Assembly (NCBI GenBank): GCA_052387375.1
Contig: JBQTJF010000082.1
Span: forward strand, 2,467 to 66,466
Origin: Betaproteobacteria bacterium
GTDB lineage: Bacteria > Pseudomonadota > Gammaproteobacteria > Burkholderiales > SG8-39
Direction: 5' to 3'
Length of the DNA stretch: 64,000 nucleotides
In this document: positions 61,096 to 64,000 of the stretch, in pieces
How the letters are laid out: each line of letters begins with the position of its first letter
Numbering within the stretch: the first letter of the stretch is position 1
Notes under the pieces: model-generated
The model's database searches: none
What the model was told of the DNA's origin: nothing
The model's input: the letters and a program-made list of their open reading frames with translations, nothing else
Made by a program: the position numbers and the translations under genes

Positions 61096-62595
61096 ATGAC
61101 GGTCGCAACGGTTGCGAGCCGCGCGCTCGCGGGCATCGACGCGCCCGAAGTCACCGTCGAGGTGCACCTCGGGCCGGGGCTGCCGGCGTTCCACATCGTC
61201 GGCCTTCCCGACGCCGAGGTGCGCGAAGCGCGCGATCGCGTGCGCGCGGCCCTCAATCACGCGCGCTTCGAGTTTCCGGCGCGCCGCATCACCGTCAATC
61301 TCGCGCCGGCCGAGCTGCCCAAGGACTCCAGCCGCTTCGACCTGCCGATCGCGCTCGGCATCCTTGCCGCGAGCGGGCAGCTGTCGACCGAGTCGCTCGG
61401 CGGCCAGGAGTTCGCCGGCGAGCTGTCGCTGACCGGCGAGCTGCGCGCGGTGCGCGGCGCGCTCGCCATGGCGCTCTCGGCGCGCGGCGCCGGACGGGCG
61501 TTCATCCTCCCAGCGGGAAACGCGCCGCAGGCGGCGCTCGCCGAAGGCGCGCGCATCCTGCCGGCAAGGACGCTCCTCGAGGTCGTGGCGCACCTCGCCG
61601 GCGACGCCCGGCTCGCCGAGTACCCCGGCGGGGCGGCGGCGGCGCAGCCCGCGTATCCGGACTTCAGCGACGTGCGCGGCCAGCAGCAGGCGAAGCGCGC
61701 CCTTGAAGTCGCCGCCGCCGGCGCGCATAGCGTGCTAATGCTCGGGCCGCCGGGAACCGGGAAGTCTATGCTCGCTTCGCGCTTCCCCGGCATCCTGCCG
61801 GCGCTCGCGGAGTCCGAGGCGCTCGAAGTCGCGGCCATCCATTCGGTCTCGACCAGCGGCTTCGACGCGTTACGCTGGGGCGAGCGGCCCTTCCGCGCGC
61901 CGCACCACAGCGCCTCGGGCGCGGCGCTCGTAGGCGGCGGCAATCTGCCGCGCCCGGGCGAGATCTCGCTCGCCCACCACGGCGTGCTGTTTCTCGATGA
62001 GCTGCCCGAGTTCGACCGCGACGTGCTGGAGGCGCTGCGCGAACCCCTCGAGTCGGGCCGCGTCTCGATCGCGCGCGCGGCGCGCCACGCGCAGTTCCCG
62101 GCGCGCTTCCAGCTGGTCGCGGCCATGAACCCCTGTCCCTGCGGGCACTGCGGCGACCGCAGCGGGCGCTGCCGCTGCACGCCCGAGCGCATTGCCCGCT
62201 ATCGCGGCCGCATCTCCGGGCCGCTTGCCGACCGCATCGACATCAAGCTCGAAGTCCCGGCGCCGCGCGAGGCGGAGCTCGTCGGCGCGCCGGCCGGCGA
62301 AGCGTCGAGCGCCATCAAGGCGAGGGTGGAGAAGGCGAGGCGCGCACAGCTCGAGCGCCAGGGGCATGCGAACGCCCTTCTCGAGCCCGGCGCGATCGAC
62401 CGCCATTGCGGCACCGACCGCGAGGGCGACCGGCTGCTGCGCCACGCGCTCGCGCGGCTGCTTCTTTCGGCGCGCGCCTACCACCGAGTGCTGCGCGTCG
62501 CACGCACCATCGCCGACCTCGCTGGGACCGCGACCATCGCCGCCGAGCACATCGCCGAGGCCATCCAGTACCGCCGCCTGGACGCGAGCTTCTGA
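61096..62595 (+). CDS. comM: YifB/ComM family Mg-chelatase-like AAA+ ATPase
   Basis: 499 aa. N-terminal Lon-protease-like domain, Walker A GPPGTGKSM, Walker B LFLDELPEF, Cys cluster CPCGHCGDRSGRCRC. Confidence 0.92.
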   Translation: MTVATVASRALAGIDAPEVTVEVHLGPGLPAFHIVGLPDAEVREARDRVRAALNHARFEFPARRITVNLAPAELPKDSSRFDLPIALGILAASGQLSTESLGGQEFAGELSLTGELRAVRGALAMALSARGAGRAFILPAGNAPQAALAEGARILPARTLLEVVAHLAGDARLAEYPGGAAAAQPAYPDFSDVRGQQQAKRALEVAAAGAHSVLMLGPPGTGKSMLASRFPGILPALAESEALEVAAIHSVSTSGFDALRWGERPFRAPHHSASGAALVGGGNLPRPGEISLAHHGVLFLDELPEFDRDVLEALREPLESGRVSIARAARHAQFPARFQLVAAMNPCPCGHCGDRSGRCRCTPERIARYRGRISGPLADRIDIKLEVPAPREAELVGAPAGEASSAIKARVEKARRAQLERQGHANALLEPGAIDRHCGTDREGDRLLRHALARLLLSARAYHRVLRVARTIADLAGTATIAAEHIAEAIQYRRLDASF

Positions 62596-62613
62596 AGCTA
62601 TAGTTGGCCGTCA

Positions 62614-63423
62614 ATGGCCACGTATGCGATCGGCGACGTCCAGGGCTGCTTCGACGAGCTGCAGCGCCTGCTGGGTGAAGTGCGATTCGGAAAGCAGGAT
62701 CACCTATGGTTCGTCGGCGACCTGGTCAACCGCGGCCCGAAGTCGCTCGAGGTGCTGCGCTTCGTACGCGAGCTCGACGCCCGCGCCGTTACCGTGCTCG
62801 GCAACCACGACCTGCACCTCGTCACCCAGTTCGAGGGCTTCGAGCGGCCGCGCAAGGACGACACGTTCCAGGACGTGCTGGCCGCGGCCGATGCGCGCGA
62901 GCTGGTGGGCTGGCTGCGCCGGCGGCCGATGATGCACGCTGCGGACGGTTACGCCATGGTGCATGCCGGCCTGCTGCCGCAATGGGGCATCGCCGAAGCG
63001 CTCGAGCTGGGGCGGGAAGTGGAGCGCGCGCTGGCGGCTCCCGACTACCGCGACTTCCTCGCCAACATGTACGGCAGCACGCCCGACGAATGGAGCGAGC
63101 GGCTCACGGGCTGGGACCGGCTGCGCGTCATCGTCAACGCCATGACGCGCCTGCGCTTCTGCACGGCGGATGGACGCATGGATTTCCGGGCGAAGGGCAA
63201 GCGGCCGCCGGCCGGCTACTCGGCCTGGTTCGACTTCAGGAACGACGCGCAAGCGATTGTTTGCGGCCACTGGTCGGCGCTCGGTCTCAAGCTGAGCGAG
63301 AAGCTGGTGGCGCTCGACAGCGGCTGCGTGTGGGGCGAGAAGCTTAGCGCGCTGCGGCTCGAGGACCGCGCGCTCTTTCAAGTACCATGCGCCGGCTACC
63401 AGGCGCCGGGAGGCGAGGCATGA
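62614..63423 (+). CDS. apaH: Bis(5'-nucleosyl)-tetraphosphatase, symmetrical (ApaH)
   Basis: 269 aa. MATYAIGDVQGCFDELQRLL, GDLVNRGP, GNHD metallophosphatase motifs. Confidence 0.93.
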   Translation: MATYAIGDVQGCFDELQRLLGEVRFGKQDHLWFVGDLVNRGPKSLEVLRFVRELDARAVTVLGNHDLHLVTQFEGFERPRKDDTFQDVLAAADARELVGWLRRRPMMHAADGYAMVHAGLLPQWGIAEALELGREVERALAAPDYRDFLANMYGSTPDEWSERLTGWDRLRVIVNAMTRLRFCTADGRMDFRAKGKRPPAGYSAWFDFRNDAQAIVCGHWSALGLKLSEKLVALDSGCVWGEKLSALRLEDRALFQVPCAGYQAPGGEA

Positions 63424-63830
63424 GCGATTGCGTGTTCTGCAGGATCGTGGCGAAGCAGATTCCGGCCACCGTGGTCGACGAGGACGAGCACACGCTCGCC
63501 TTCATGGACATCGGGCAGGTCAACCCGGGGCACGTCCTGGTGGCGCTGAAGGCGCATGCCGAGAACCTGTATGCCCTCGAGGAGGCGCAGGCGGCGGCGG
63601 TGTTCCGCGCCGCGGCGCGCGTCGCGCGCGCCATCCGCGCCGCGTTCCAGCCGCAGGGCCTCTCGGTCTACCAGGCGAACGGCAAGCCGGCCGGGCAGAC
63701 GGTCCTGCATTTCCACATTCACCTCGTGCCGCGGCACGAGGGCGACGGCATGAGCCTCGCCTGGCCGGTGAAGAACCCGCCGCGCGAGAAGCTCGAGGAC
63801 CACGCGGCGAAGATCCGCGCCAGGCTCTAG
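63420..63830 (+). CDS. HIT-family (histidine triad) protein
   Basis: The ATG overlaps the apaH stop (ATGA). MSDCVFCRIV..., histidine triad HFHIHLVPR. Confidence 0.88.
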   Translation: MSDCVFCRIVAKQIPATVVDEDEHTLAFMDIGQVNPGHVLVALKAHAENLYALEEAQAAAVFRAAARVARAIRAAFQPQGLSVYQANGKPAGQTVLHFHIHLVPRHEGDGMSLAWPVKNPPREKLEDHAAKIRARL

Positions 63831-64000
63831 TTCGGCGTGACGCGGGTGATGCCGCCCGAGGTGACCAGGCGCACGCGCTGCCCCGGCGTGAAGGCGATGT
63901 CGGCCTCCTGCACGATGGCGCGCAGCTCGCCGCTCTCCAGGCGCACGGTGATCTCCAGGCCGTCCTTCTCGGTCATGCGATTCTCGATGGTGTTGCCGGC
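63827..64000 (-). CDS. C-terminal fragment of a probable SlyB-like outer-membrane lipoprotein (start outside the window)
   Basis: Hand translation of the minus strand gives ...NRMTEKDGLEITVRLESGELRAIVQEADIAFTPGQRVRLVTSGGITRVTPN*. This resembles the C-terminal domain of glycine-zipper/SlyB-type lipoproteins. The stop overlaps the HIT stop. Confidence 0.4.
   Translation of the reverse strand, partial: AGNTIENRMTEKDGLEITVRLESGELRAIVQEADIAFTPGQRVRLVTSGGITRVTPN

Overview
The window is a high-GC proteobacterial chromosomal core region, with betaproteobacterial-type gene order, that spans the replication-origin neighbourhood. It is densely packed with recognisable housekeeping genes.

Gene content in order along the window:
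- A Dpp/Opp-type peptide ABC transporter (two ATPases, binding protein, two permeases).
- A tightly overlapping minus-strand operon: OmpR-type response regulator, histidine kinase, GlpD-like dehydrogenase, HAD phosphatase, family III CoA-transferase.
- An uninterrupted minus-strand array mnmG-rsmG-parA-parB-atpIBEFHAGDC.
- An MFS transporter and GTP-dependent PEP carboxykinase.
- The classical origin cluster mnmE-yidC-yidD-rnpA-rpmH, divergent from dnaA-dnaN-gyrB.
- Topoisomerase III-smg-dprA-LysM protein, divergent from def-fmt-rsmB-DUF4390-NtrY/NtrX-like pair-trkA-trkH.
- Ribosomal protein bTHX and metH.
- A small MarR-controlled acyl-CoA ligase, FAH-family hydrolase, maleyl-isomerase and thioesterase cluster.
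- A porin-glnK-amtB operon with a sigma-54 promoter, then ubiK, comM, apaH and a HIT protein.

I found no rRNA, tRNA, CRISPR array, transposase, integrase, phage gene or recognisable defence system. I do not see a convincing novel multi-gene system here.

The points most worth a second look are small-scale:
1. A structured terminator/antiterminator leader upstream of metH.
2. A translationally coupled pair of tiny ORFs for predicted membrane or secreted peptides, divergent from the two-component operon.
3. Twin CACGTG-core palindromes upstream of mnmG.
4. DnaA boxes plus an AT-rich tandem repeat between dnaA and dnaN.
5. Apparent CTG start codons for rnpA and fmt.
6. An NtrX-like regulator with a degenerate AAA+ core.

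Many long alternate-frame or antisense ORFs in the supplied track are high-GC artefacts and were discarded.
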